Source of the DNA: a candidate division FCPU426 bacterium
GTDB lineage: Bacteria; Oederibacteriota; JAAXVQ01; JAUVAV01
Direction: 5' to 3'
Length of the DNA stretch: 64,000 nucleotides
Assembly (NCBI GenBank): GCA_040756875.1
Contig: JBFLYH010000002.1
Span: forward strand, 959,078-1,023,077
Of the stretch, positions 1 to 9,183 are shown in pieces. How positions within the stretch are numbered: position 1 is the first letter of the stretch; each line of letters opens with the position of its first letter. The notes beneath the pieces were generated by a model. That model ran no database searches, had not been told where the DNA came from, and worked only from the letters and a program-made list of their open reading frames with translations. Both the position numbers and the translations under genes were made by a program.

Positions 1-15
1 ACCCCTGCGCCTGCC

Positions 16-1095
16 GTGGGGCTGCAACCCGTCCTGCCGCCTGATCAGATGATTTGGCTGCCTACAACGGAATCCGCTGCCGTTGACGCCGCCGCCGGGG
101 CATCTAGCGGGAACGAATCCGCAGTCGAAGCACCTGCAATTGCGGTCATGGCGGAGGTTGAATCCATAGCCAACGGCATGGCGGCGGACACCGCGGAGCA
201 GGCGGTGGCGGATTCGACCCCGCGCCGCGTGCGGCCGGGATTGCGCATTTATGCGGATGCGTTTCCGCCGGGCTGGGAAACGCTGCTTGAGGAAAATCCG
301 CCGGCCAAACCGGCCGCCCAGAATCCGGTAATGCCGGAGGTGCAGTCGGCGCGGGAATCCGGGGGCGCGGCCGTCGAAGCGGCGGAACCGCCTGCGCCCG
401 CGCGCGAATCTTTCAAAACGTACGCCAGCCCGAAGGCCGAAGAGGGGAAGAACTTTGAACGCATGCCTGCGGCTGCGGCCGGCGCAGACGCGGAATCCAA
501 AACGCGGGCCGAAAACGGACAAACCCGCGCTATCACGCCTTCGGATCCCGAACCGGCCCCCAATGACGATGCCATGGAAGTGAACACGGCCTGGAAAACC
601 GAAGTCACAGTTTCAGGGCGGGCGGCAGGCCGGGAAGCGGCGGCTTCGCCGGTCCAGACATTGTCCCGCCTGAGCGAATTGGAGAAACAGCTGTCGATTC
701 GGGAATTCACCACCCAGACGGCGGCCGGTATCCGCCGGGGAGAGGAACGCATCAGCGTGGATCTGCATCCGCCGGAACTCGGAAGGGTGCGGGTGGTGGT
801 GGAAAGCCGCGGCGAACAGGTGCACGCCCAATTGACTTTGCAGGATGCGGGTGTGGGTGAATTTTTCCAGGACCGCCTGGAAGGGATCAGGCGGCAGTTG
901 TCCGAGGCCGGCATCAAGCTCGGACAGTTGACCGTGGAAGTCAGGCAGCAATTTGCCAGCGGCACGCAAAACGGATCGGGAAGCCGGGAGCAAGACTACT
1001 CCGCGGCCGAGGAAAGAGTCCCGGCCCCTGCGGCCCGGACAGCGGCCCGCCCGGCGCGGCTGGCGCCCGGCCAGAAAGTGAACATGCTGATGTGA
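16..1095 (+). CDS. fliK: Flagellar hook-length control protein (probably 5'-truncated by window edge)
   Basis: Low-complexity Pro/Ala/Glu-rich N-terminus; C-terminal LHPPELGRVRV motif of the FliK domain; directly upstream of flgD-flgE. Confidence 0.85.
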   Translation: MGLQPVLPPDQMIWLPTTESAAVDAAAGASSGNESAVEAPAIAVMAEVESIANGMAADTAEQAVADSTPRRVRPGLRIYADAFPPGWETLLEENPPAKPAAQNPVMPEVQSARESGGAAVEAAEPPAPARESFKTYASPKAEEGKNFERMPAAAAGADAESKTRAENGQTRAITPSDPEPAPNDDAMEVNTAWKTEVTVSGRAAGREAAASPVQTLSRLSELEKQLSIREFTTQTAAGIRRGEERISVDLHPPELGRVRVVVESRGEQVHAQLTLQDAGVGEFFQDRLEGIRRQLSEAGIKLGQLTVEVRQQFASGTQNGSGSREQDYSAAEERVPAPAARTAARPARLAPGQKVNMLM

Positions 1096-1167
1096 CGCCG
1101 GAACCAGCGTCCTGGCTGGGTTAAGGCCGGATCAACGAGGACGATACTCAAAATGGAGGATACCGAC

Positions 1168-1527
1168 ATGAGTGTAGATGCCATAGGTTCGTTGGGAAAA
1201 ACCGATTTTCTGAATCTGCTGGCCACGCAACTGCGCTACCAGGATCCGTTGAACCCGCTGGAAAGCAACGAATTCATCTCCCAGTTGGCGCAATTCTCTG
1301 CCCTGGAGACCGCGGACAACACCCGGACCGCGGTGGAGCAGATGTCCAAGCAGGAGAGCCGGCAATTTGCGACCCAGTTGTTGGGAAAAAACGTGGCCGG
1401 CGTGGCGAGCGAAACGCAGACGTTTTTCAGCGGAACCGTGACCGGCGTGGCGCTGACCGGCGACGAGCCGGTGGTTTACGTGGACGGAGTGGCTGTCAAA
1501 CTGACGGATATTCTCACCATCGCCTAG
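1168..1527 (+). CDS. flgD: Flagellar hook capping protein
   Basis: [22 protein letters not shown]...QLAQFSALE motif; GGAGG at 1155-1159 favours ATG 1168. Confidence 0.93.
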   Translation: MSVDAIGSLGKTDFLNLLATQLRYQDPLNPLESNEFISQLAQFSALETADNTRTAVEQMSKQESRQFATQLLGKNVAGVASETQTFFSGTVTGVALTGDEPVVYVDGVAVKLTDILTIA

Positions 1528-1547
1528 GGGCGAGAAGGAGCGGTACC

Positions 1548-2771
1548 ATGTTACGTTCTCTCTTTACGGGCATTTCGGGATTGATCAACCATCAGACGCG
1601 CATGGACGTGGTGGGCAACAACATCGCCAACGTCAACACCACGGGGTACAAGAGCAGCCGTGTCACGTTCGGGGACATGATGTCCCAGACCCTTTCGGGC
1701 GCCAGCCCGGCCCAGGGCGGACGGGGAGGCACCAACCCCAAGCAGGTCGGCCTGGGCGTGAACCTGGCCACCATCGACAGCGTCCACATCCAGGGCGCCT
1801 TGCAAAGCACCGGGGTCATGACTGACATGTCGATCCAGGGCGACGGCTTCTTCATCCTCGGCGACGGCACGACCAACCGGTACACCCGCGACGGCAGCTT
1901 CGGCTTGGACGAAGTGGGATTTCTGGTGGAACCGGCCAACGGCCTGAAAGTGCAGGGCTGGACCGCGGTGAACGGCGTGCTGGACACCTCGCAGCCCATC
2001 GGCGACCTGCAGATTCCGGTGGCCGCGGAAATGACCGCCCTGGCCACAGCCAATGCGCAACTAGCCGGCAACCTGGACGCCGGCGCCGCGGTGGGCGATA
2101 CCTACAGCAACACGTTCATCGTCTATGACTCGCTGGGAGCCAGCCACAGCGTGAACATCACGTATACGAAGACAGCGGTGAACACCTGGGATTGGGTAGC
2201 ATCGGGCACGGGCATCGTGGTCGGTCCGGGCGTCAACCAGGGTCAGCTGACCTTCAACCCGGACGGGTCCCTGAATACCCAGAGCGGAAACCTGTCCATC
2301 GTCACGACCAACGGCTCCACCACGCCCCTGGCCATTGCGCCGAGTTTTGCGGACGTCACCCAGTTGAGCGACGTCAACACGGTCAACCTGTTCGGGCAGG
2401 ACGGCTACGCGCCCGGAACGCTGGTTTCCTTCAACATCAGCAACAGCGGCATCATCACCGGCGTGTTCGACAACGGCATCAACCAAACCCTGGGCCAGGT
2501 GGCCCTGGCGCGCTTCACCAACAACAGCGGTCTGGTGAAGGAAGGGGAGAACCTGTGGACGGAATCCGTCAACAGCGGCGTGGCCCAGGTCGGCACCGCC
2601 AACTCCGGGGCCCGAGGCGGCGTGGCGGCCGGCTCTCTGGAAATGTCCAATGTCAGCCTGGCGCAGGAATTCAGCGACATGATCATCACGCAGCGCGGGT
2701 TCCAGGCCAATTCCAGGATCATCACCACGTCGGACGAGATTTTACAGGAGTTGATCAATCTGAAGAGATGA
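1548..2771 (+). CDS. flgE: Flagellar hook protein
   Basis: N-terminal GNNIANVNTTGYK, YTRDGSF, C-terminal LEMSNV...QRGFQANSRII; AAGGAG RBS. Confidence 0.95.
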   Translation: MLRSLFTGISGLINHQTRMDVVGNNIANVNTTGYKSSRVTFGDMMSQTLSGASPAQGGRGGTNPKQVGLGVNLATIDSVHIQGALQSTGVMTDMSIQGDGFFILGDGTTNRYTRDGSFGLDEVGFLVEPANGLKVQGWTAVNGVLDTSQPIGDLQIPVAAEMTALATANAQLAGNLDAGAAVGDTYSNTFIVYDSLGASHSVNITYTKTAVNTWDWVASGTGIVVGPGVNQGQLTFNPDGSLNTQSGNLSIVTTNGSTTPLAIAPSFADVTQLSDVNTVNLFGQDGYAPGTLVSFNISNSGIITGVFDNGINQTLGQVALARFTNNSGLVKEGENLWTESVNSGVAQVGTANSGARGGVAAGSLEMSNVSLAQEFSDMIITQRGFQANSRIITTSDEILQELINLKR

Positions 2772-2804
2772 TCAGGCGCCACGGGGTTAATCCGGTGATT
2801 CGCA

Positions 2805-2836
2805 GCGCAGGGAACAGGTCCGCTTGTTCCCTGCGC
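2805..2836. repeat. GC-rich intergenic hairpin (REP-like or RNA-stabilising) after flgE
   Basis: GCGCAGGGAACAGG-TCCG-CTTGTTCCCTGCGC; no U-tract. Confidence 0.55.
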
Positions 2837-2888
2837 GCGATATGCAGGTGATGAATCCTGCGGCTATGAAAAAGGCAGGTGCGCATCC

Positions 2889-3113
2889 ATGATCGAGCTG
2901 ACCAAGTTGAACGGCGACCGGTTTTACCTGAACGAAAACTGGATCGAAACCGTGGAAGCCCTGCCGGATACCACCATCACGCTGCGCTCCGGCAACAAGG
3001 TGGTGGTGCTGGAGAAGATGGACGATGTTTTCGAAAAGATGCTCGACTGGCAGGTTATTCGCGACAAAGTCGGCAAACGCAGCCCGTTGAATCCCGCTTC
3101 CCACCGGCGCTGA
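2889..3113 (+). CDS. flbD: Flagellar FlbD-family protein
   Basis: MIELTKLNG..FYLN..IETVEALPDTTITL..G.KVVV.E; usual position between flgE and motA. Confidence 0.88.
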   Translation: MIELTKLNGDRFYLNENWIETVEALPDTTITLRSGNKVVVLEKMDDVFEKMLDWQVIRDKVGKRSPLNPASHRR

Positions 3114-3171
3114 ACGTCCCGCAACCAACCGCTTCCCACCGGCGCCCGGGAAAGAAAGTAGCATCAGGCGT

Positions 3172-3960
3172 ATGGATCTGGCAACTGTCGGCGGACTCAT
3201 CCTGGCATGGGGATCAGTCATTTCGCTGATCTATATCGAGGGCGGCAACCTGGCCAGCTTGTGGAATTTCGGCGCCATGGTGCTGGTCGTGGGCGGCACC
3301 ATCGGCGCTACGGTCATCGGCTCCAAAATGGAGGACATCCTTAACCTGCCCAGCGTCATTCTCAAGGCGGTTTTGACCAAAACCGTGGAAGTGGGAAAAA
3401 CCATCGGCATGCTGGTCGATCTGTCGCGCACAGTGCGCAAGGAGGGGCTCCTTTCCCTGGAGCGGGCGAGCGAGAACATTCAGGACGCTTTTTTTAAGAA
3501 AGCCATACAGATCGTGGTGGACGGCTTGGACGCGGAACAAGTCCGCAACATCCTGGAAACCGATCTGGACCTGCTCGAGGAACGGCACAAACGCAGCCAG
3601 AAGATCTTCGCCACCTTGGGCGGGTTCGCCCCCACCTTGGGCATCATCGGCACCGTGCTGGGGCTGGTGCACATGCTGGCCAACATCTCTTCGCCCGACA
3701 CGATGGGACCAGCCATCGCCGCGGCGTTCATCGCCACGCTCTACGGCGTGAGCACGGCCAACCTGCTCTATTTGCCGATCGGCAACAAGCTCAAACGCGG
3801 CAGCGAGGAGGAGACGCTCGAACGCCGCATCATCCTGGAAGGCATCATCTCCATCCAGGCGGGCGACAACCCCCGGATCCTGGAGGAGAAGCTGTTGAGT
3901 TTCCTGCCGCCCAAACTGAGAGTTCAGGTGGCCAGCAAGCTCAAGGAGACCAAAAAATGA
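3172..3960 (+). CDS. motA: Flagellar stator subunit A
   Basis: RKEGLLSLE, APTLGIIGTVLGLV, ATLYG, IQAGDNPR motifs. Confidence 0.95.
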   Translation: MDLATVGGLILAWGSVISLIYIEGGNLASLWNFGAMVLVVGGTIGATVIGSKMEDILNLPSVILKAVLTKTVEVGKTIGMLVDLSRTVRKEGLLSLERASENIQDAFFKKAIQIVVDGLDAEQVRNILETDLDLLEERHKRSQKIFATLGGFAPTLGIIGTVLGLVHMLANISSPDTMGPAIAAAFIATLYGVSTANLLYLPIGNKLKRGSEEETLERRIILEGIISIQAGDNPRILEEKLLSFLPPKLRVQVASKLKETKK

Positions 3961-4772
3961 GCGGGCGCAAGCACAAGGAAGAGGAAGAAAACCAGGAGCG
4001 CTGGCTTTTGACCTATGCGGACATGATCACGCTGCTGGTGGCCTTCTTCATGATGATGTATTCCATGTCCGTGCTCAACCTGGAAAAATTCAAGGCTGCG
4101 GCCATGGGCATCCGCTCCGGGTTCAACAGCCCGGCCATGGGGCTCAAGCACACGGGCGACTCGCTGCTGGAGAAAGGCGCCAGCACGCAGGTCCAGCCGA
4201 AGATCGAACTGCCCGTGGAGCCGCCGCCTTCCATGCGGACCGAAACCAGGCCGCCGCAACCGGCGCCTTCGGCGCGGCGGCAGGGCGTGCCGCCGCAGCC
4301 GACCCGCTCGGAGCGCGTGCAGCGCCTGGTCGCGGAGCTGAACCGCAGCCTGACCGGCGTGACCCGGGGCAGCGCGGCGCGGGTAACCGCGGAAAAATCG
4401 GGCGTAGCCATCGAATTGATGGGAGACCTGATCTTTTTTCCCACTGGCAGCGCCGAGCTCAGCGCGGAAGCCAGGAACATCCTTTTGGCTGTCAGCGGCG
4501 CCTTGCGGCCCCTGCCGAACGAGATTTCAGTGGAAGGCTATACAGGACATTTCGAAGCCGCGCCTTCAAACCCATTTACCAGCAGTTGGGAGTTGTCCGC
4601 GGCCCGCGCCGTGGCGGTGATTAAGTTCCTGACGGAAAAGACCAATATCAGTCCGGGCCGGATTTCCCTGACCGGTTACGGGCAATACCGCACGCGCCCC
4701 GTCGGCCCGGCGGCTGTTCCGCGGCCGAATATGCCTAATGATTTGGTGCGGATATTTATTTATCAGGATTGA
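3957..4772 (+). CDS. motB: Flagellar stator subunit B
   Basis: RWLLTYADMITLL TM motif; OmpA-like domain with WELSAARA; ATGA overlap with motA. Confidence 0.93.
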   Translation: MSGRKHKEEEENQERWLLTYADMITLLVAFFMMMYSMSVLNLEKFKAAAMGIRSGFNSPAMGLKHTGDSLLEKGASTQVQPKIELPVEPPPSMRTETRPPQPAPSARRQGVPPQPTRSERVQRLVAELNRSLTGVTRGSAARVTAEKSGVAIELMGDLIFFPTGSAELSAEARNILLAVSGALRPLPNEISVEGYTGHFEAAPSNPFTSSWELSAARAVAVIKFLTEKTNISPGRISLTGYGQYRTRPVGPAAVPRPNMPNDLVRIFIYQD

Positions 4773-4794
4773 TCCGTAATCCGGCAACCGGAGT

Positions 4795-4823
4795 CTAAAG
4801 TCGCATAAGTTAACAGCCGATAC
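4795..4823 (+). promoter_or_regulatory. Putative sigma28 (FliA) promoter
   Basis: CTAAAG (TAAA 4796-4799), 16 nt, GCCGATAC (4816-4823); matches the TAAA-N15/16-GCCGATA(A/T) consensus; fliA is in the same cluster. Confidence 0.65.
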
Positions 4824-4843
4824 TTGCTCAAGAAAAAGATGGC

Positions 4844-5171
4844 GGCTTGCGCCGCAAAAGATTCATCCCCTTCGCCATGCGCAACAGTTGGCAATGAAGC
4901 CAGGCGGAGGATGCCAGGCTCGGGGATGATATAAACAAGTTTTACGGCTTGCGCCGCAAAAGATACATCCCCTTCGCCATTGGCAATTGTTGGTTGTGAG
5001 TGCCGGCGAAAATTGACGGGCTCGGGGATGACATTCACAGGTTTTGCGGCTTGCGCCGCAAAAGATTCATCCCCTTCGCCATGCGCAACAGTTGGCAATG
5101 AAGCCAGGCGGAGGATGCCAGGCTCGGGGATGATATAAACAAGTTTTACGGCTTGCGCCGCAAAAGATTCA
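4844..5171 (+). repeat. Tandem array of 102-bp structured units (A-B-A plus partial)
   Basis: Units start at 4844, 4946, 5048 and 5150; units 1 and 3 identical, unit 2 diverged; conserved palindromic block GGGGATGA...TTTTrCGGC-TTGC-GCCGCAAAA...CATCCCC. Confidence 0.95.
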
Positions 5172-5182
5172 CCTCACGGGGT

Positions 5183-5216
5183 ACAGGGGCTTGGGAAACC
5201 AAGCCCCTGTTTTTTT
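5183..5216 (+). terminator. Intrinsic terminator closing the repeat array
   Basis: ACAGGGGCTTGG-GAAA-CCAAGCCCCTGT (12-bp perfect stem) followed by TTTTTT. Confidence 0.9.
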
Positions 5217-5405
5217 ACGCCTGTTTGGATGAACCGCCTGGAAGTATTTCCATACTTTGGGTTCATCCACTATGGAACCACCTACCTAGTTCTCTCCAGT
5301 CTGTGGAGCGGATGCCGCAGTCTGTCTGCAGGGAAAAAAAGCCTCAATAATTAAGCCGATATGAAATGCATTCCGCCCTTTATGGCGCCGGCTGGCCGCG
5401 AGGAT

Positions 5406-5421
5406 TGGCATGGGGTTTGCT
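5406..5421 (+). promoter_or_regulatory. Putative sigma54 promoter of the fliL-flhA operon
   Basis: TGGCAT-GGGGT-TTGCT; GG (5407-8) and GC (5419-20) at -24/-12 spacing; a sigma54 activator is encoded in the operon. Confidence 0.65.
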
Positions 5422-5468
5422 TTCCATAGGTGAGGAGTTCACTACCTAATAGGCGGGCGAGGGAAACC

Positions 5469-6074
5469 ATGGACAAAGACAAAAATGCAAGCACTGCGAC
5501 AAACGACCCATCCCAGCAGATTAAATTGTTGCTTATCGTGGTTTTGGTGGCTGCGGTGATCGCGCCGCTGATCTCGAGCCTGGTGGTTGTCGGTTCACTG
5601 GGCGGAAAGTTGTCAAGCATAGCAGCCAAGCAAGAACCCGAGAAAGAGGAAAGCGGCGAAGAAGGTGGAGAAAGGAACGCCGAGGCGCAAAAGCCCATTA
5701 TATTTTATGAACCCATGGAGTTCCTGGTCAATTTGGCGGATACCGAGGCCAATCACTACTTGAAAACCACCGTCAGTCTGGGCGCCCGGATCGAGGAGTC
5801 CGAGGAAAAAAGCGAGGGTAAGAAAAAAGGCGGGCATGGCGGCGGACACGGCGCCAAACAGGCCGGCCCGCAGCCGGCTTTGTTCCAGACCATTAAAGCC
5901 CGCGAACCCATGATCCGCGACCTCATTATTTCGGTGATTTCCGCCTATCCCATGGCGGTGTTGGTGTCCGTGCAGGGCAAACGGGAGCTGAAGGAGGCAC
6001 TGAGCGCCCGCCTGCAACAGGAATTGGGGACCAGCGAACTGACCGTGTATTTCACATCCTTTACCCTGCAATAG
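5469..6074 (+). CDS. fliL: Flagellar basal body-associated protein
   Basis: Single N-terminal TM; EFLVNLAD..HYLK, IRDLII, VYFTSFTLQ. Confidence 0.88.
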   Translation: MDKDKNASTATNDPSQQIKLLLIVVLVAAVIAPLISSLVVVGSLGGKLSSIAAKQEPEKEESGEEGGERNAEAQKPIIFYEPMEFLVNLADTEANHYLKTTVSLGARIEESEEKSEGKKKGGHGGGHGAKQAGPQPALFQTIKAREPMIRDLIISVISAYPMAVLVSVQGKRELKEALSARLQQELGTSELTVYFTSFTLQ

Positions 6075-6089
6075 AGCGGAGCCAAACGC

Positions 6090-7058
6090 ATGGCCAAGAC
6101 GAAAAGCAACGGGGACAAGAACGGCAAGACGCCGGAAAACGCCCCGGAACTCCCCGTCGGCGTCCGGCGGTACGATTTCCGGGTGGCCCGCAAGCTCAGC
6201 GGCAGCCAGCGGATGTGGCTGGGGGCGCTGCATTCGCGGTTGGCTGCGGTCATGACCAAGCAGCTGGGCGAACGCTTCCGCTGCGAGTGCGATTGCGCCT
6301 TTTTGGGGCTGGAGCAAATCCAGGGCGCCAGTTTTCCCCTTCCGGACACGGGGCCCGTGGTCACGGCCGAAATCAGCCTGCCGACCGGCACGACCCGCAT
6401 GTATTTTCTCTGGCCGCGGGAAATGATGTTCTTTTTCCTGGAGCGGCTGCTGGGCGGGTCGGGCGACGAGCTTTTCCTGGACAAAGAGCTTTCCGAATTC
6501 GAGCAGTCCGTGCTGCGGCACCTGTGCCAGGAGGTGGCGCAATGGCTGCACGCGGCCTCCGAGGCCGGCCGCATTCCGGCTGGCAGTTGCAACAGTGTGC
6601 GCGAAGGCCAGGATTCATTTGCGGAGCTGCTGCCGTACGAAATTTTGCTGACGGCCAGCTTGAATCTGAAGCTTGGAACCCGGCAAGGCAAGCTGCTGTT
6701 CATCTACCCTTATGCGCTGGTTAAATCCTGGGTCGACGAGACCGCTCCCTCCCCCGAGACCGCGGTTCCCGAGGCCCCGCCGGCGCCGACGGATCCCGCG
6801 GCAGCCGGCCTGGTTCCCGGACTGGCCCAGGCGCCCCTGCCTGTGCAGGTGCGCCTGGGTCAAACCCGGATCAAAGTGGGCGACTTCGTCAACCTGGCGG
6901 TCGGCGATTGCGTGCAACTCAACCACAGCATTCAGGAACCCTGCGAAGTCTATATCGGTGAAAAGCCGAAATTCAAGGGGCACTTGGGCCTGATCGGTCG
7001 GCAATTGGGAGTCAAACTGACCGGTTCTATCGAGGCCAATACCACGACAACCCACTGA
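6090..7058 (+). CDS. fliM: Flagellar motor switch protein (divergent)
   Basis: YDFR motif, LLGGSG FliG-contact motif, C-terminal SpoA domain; between fliL and fliN. Confidence 0.82.
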   Translation: MAKTKSNGDKNGKTPENAPELPVGVRRYDFRVARKLSGSQRMWLGALHSRLAAVMTKQLGERFRCECDCAFLGLEQIQGASFPLPDTGPVVTAEISLPTGTTRMYFLWPREMMFFFLERLLGGSGDELFLDKELSEFEQSVLRHLCQEVAQWLHAASEAGRIPAGSCNSVREGQDSFAELLPYEILLTASLNLKLGTRQGKLLFIYPYALVKSWVDETAPSPETAVPEAPPAPTDPAAAGLVPGLAQAPLPVQVRLGQTRIKVGDFVNLAVGDCVQLNHSIQEPCEVYIGEKPKFKGHLGLIGRQLGVKLTGSIEANTTTTH

Positions 7059-7068
7059 GGAGGACGTC

Positions 7069-7617
7069 ATGGAGGGTCAGACGCACGAGCAGAGCGAAGC
7101 CGCGGCGGTATCCGAAATCGCGGCTCAAATATTGGACCAGCAGGCGGCCCCAGCAAACGGCGAAACCCCCCCGGAAGAAAGTCCGGAGAGCGCGGCCGCT
7201 GCGTCCGGGGAGGCGGCTTCCGAATCGGAACCCTTGCCGGATTTCCCGCCCGAGCCGAAACCCGCCGCCGTGAAACGCCCGCAGCGGGAGCGGTTCATGG
7301 CCCGGGTCGCGGCCGGCGACGAGAGCGTCCAGCGCGCCAAGTTCACGCCGCTGGCATCGGAACCGGGCGAGGAAGCCTTGGGCAAAATCGATTACCTGCG
7401 GGATGTGGATTTGGAGGCCAGCGTGGAATTGGGCAACGCCGTGCTGACCGTGGACAACATCCTCCACCTGCAGACCGGATCGCTGGTGGAACTGCAGCAG
7501 ACGGTCGGGGATCCGGTGCGGTTGCTGATTAACGGCAATCCCTACGCCCTGGGCGAAGTCGTGGTGATCGGCGATAAATTCGGCGTGCGGCTGACCAAAC
7601 TGCTGCAGGCCAGCTGA
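7069..7617 (+). CDS. fliN: Flagellar motor switch protein
   Basis: C-terminal SpoA domain SVELG...GEVVVIGDKFGVRL; acidic disordered N-terminus. Confidence 0.88.
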   Translation: MEGQTHEQSEAAAVSEIAAQILDQQAAPANGETPPEESPESAAAASGEAASESEPLPDFPPEPKPAAVKRPQRERFMARVAAGDESVQRAKFTPLASEPGEEALGKIDYLRDVDLEASVELGNAVLTVDNILHLQTGSLVELQQTVGDPVRLLINGNPYALGEVVVIGDKFGVRLTKLLQAS

Positions 7618-7628
7618 AGGGGCGCGCG

Positions 7629-8036
7629 ATGGAATCCACTCTGGCTGATTTCTGGGGCAATACCGGCGCGGCGCTGGCTCCGGTTCCGGCTGCGGGCAAC
7701 GCCTCGGCGGGCACGTTTATCTGGTCGCTGTTGTTTGTCATTGTCCTGCTGTTGCTGCTGGCCTGGGGCGCGCGCTGGCTGCTGCGCCTCGCGCCCTCCG
7801 GAACGAGGACCGAGCCCCGTCTGCTGCTCAGCAGCCGCTTGGGCGCCCAGACCTTGGTCCTGTGGGCCGAAGGGGAACAGGTGTATTGCGCACTTTATCG
7901 GGGAAAGCAGGTTGAATTCGCCACGGCCGTTCCCCTGGTGAAAGCCGCGTCGCCGGCGCCGGCATTGGCCGGCGCGGGTTTTTCCCGCCTCGGCGAATGG
8001 CTGGCCAAAAGCCGGGGCGCAAGGAGAAATCCATGA
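7629..8036 (+). CDS. fliO: FliO-like membrane protein
   Basis: One TM helix; position between fliN and fliP; sequence divergent. Confidence 0.55.
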   Translation: MESTLADFWGNTGAALAPVPAAGNASAGTFIWSLLFVIVLLLLLAWGARWLLRLAPSGTRTEPRLLLSSRLGAQTLVLWAEGEQVYCALYRGKQVEFATAVPLVKAASPAPALAGAGFSRLGEWLAKSRGARRNP

Positions 8037-8806
8037 GGCATGCGGTTTTCGCCGGAGTGCTGGCCCTGCTCCTGCTGAGCGCGCCCGCGGCGCGGGCGCA
8101 GGCGACCTTTCAGCTCAGCTTCGGGCAGAGCGGCGGGACCACCGCCCTGTCCCTGAACGCCTCGGAACCGGACCGCAAGGACCTGAGCGGATTGCTGCAG
8201 ATTCTGATCCTGATGACCGCCATCACCCTGGCGCCCGCGCTGCTGGTGTTGTGCACTTCATTCACCCGGATCCTGATCGTCTTGAGCTTTTTACGGCAGG
8301 CGCTGGGCACGCAGCATATTCCCCCCAATCAAATCCTGGTCGCCCTGGCGCTGTTTCTGACTGCCTGCAACATGATGCCGGTCTGGCAATCCATCGAAAA
8401 CGGGGTGGTGAAGCCCTACCAGGCCGGGCAGATATCCTGGCAACAGGTGATCGAACAAGGCCCGCAACCGCTCAAGGAATTCATGCTGAAGCAGACGCGC
8501 CCCAAGGATCTGGCGCTTTTTCTCAAAATGGCGCGGCAGCCCCGGCCGCAGCGGCCCCAGGATGTCTCCTTTTTCATCCTGGTCCCGGCGTTCATCGTCG
8601 GGGAGCTGAAAGTGGCTTTTCAAATCGGCTTCCTGTTGTATCTGCCGTTTCTGGTGGTGGACATGGTGGTGGCCAGCATTTTGCTGTCCATGGGCATGAT
8701 GATGCTGCCGCCGGTCATGGTCTCTCTGCCTTTTAAGTTGCTGCTCTTCGTGCTGGTGGACGGCTGGAATTTGCTGCTGGGATCGTTGTTGAGAAGTTTT
8801 CAGTGA
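8033..8806 (+). CDS. fliP: Flagellar export gate protein
   Basis: TSFTRILIVLSFLRQALG, LPFLVVDMVVASILLSMGMMMLPP, LVDGWNL; AAGGAG RBS before ATG 8033. Confidence 0.95.
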   Translation: MRHAVFAGVLALLLLSAPAARAQATFQLSFGQSGGTTALSLNASEPDRKDLSGLLQILILMTAITLAPALLVLCTSFTRILIVLSFLRQALGTQHIPPNQILVALALFLTACNMMPVWQSIENGVVKPYQAGQISWQQVIEQGPQPLKEFMLKQTRPKDLALFLKMARQPRPQRPQDVSFFILVPAFIVGELKVAFQIGFLLYLPFLVVDMVVASILLSMGMMMLPPVMVSLPFKLLLFVLVDGWNLLLGSLLRSFQ

Positions 8807-8872
8807 GTGGCAGGCGCTCCGCCCGGAAGGGCGGGGAGGCGACGGACGGCCGGGCTGATCGAGAGGTGCGGT

Positions 8873-9142
8873 ATGAACGAACTGGTGATCATGAAAGTGG
8901 CGCGCGACGCCCTGGTGGTGGTGACCATGGTCTCCGCTCCGGCGCTGGGTCTGGGCCTGGTGGTCGGGTTGGCGGTGAGCATTTTTCAGGCCGTCACTTC
9001 GATCCAGGAGATGACCCTGGCCATTATTCCGAAAATATTGGCGGTATTCATTGCGTTGCTGATTTTCGGGCCGTGGTGCATGCGGTTGCTGACGGAGTTC
9101 ACGTACCAGCTGCTGGCCAATCTTCCTGATTACTTGAAGTGA
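8873..9142 (+). CDS. fliQ: Flagellar export gate protein
   Basis: SIFQAVTSIQEMTLAIIPK motif; GAGG RBS. Confidence 0.93.
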   Translation: MNELVIMKVARDALVVVTMVSAPALGLGLVVGLAVSIFQAVTSIQEMTLAIIPKILAVFIALLIFGPWCMRLLTEFTYQLLANLPDYLK

Positions 9143-9183
9143 CGGGGGCCGCGGAGAGAGCGTTTAAAAAAGGGAAAGGACCC

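Noticed and set aside
1121-1147. sigma28-like promoter before flgD (TTAA...GACGATAC)
   Set aside because: Mismatches in both boxes; too weak to call
4763-5098. Minus-strand ORF with a 34-aa repeat
   Set aside because: TTG start inside a repeat with no RBS; promoter and terminator polarity are on the + strand; an open frame follows from the 102-bp period
4844-5171. CRISPR array
   Set aside because: The conserved block (~64 nt) is too long, the variable segments are homologous (1 = 3; 21/38 to 2), and there are no cas genes in the window
5335-5362. Second sigma28 promoter (GCCGATAT)
   Set aside because: Good -10, but the -35 position is just an A-tract; left uncalled
5217-5468. Type III toxin gene downstream of the repeat/terminator
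   Set aside because: No credible ORF between the terminator and fliL
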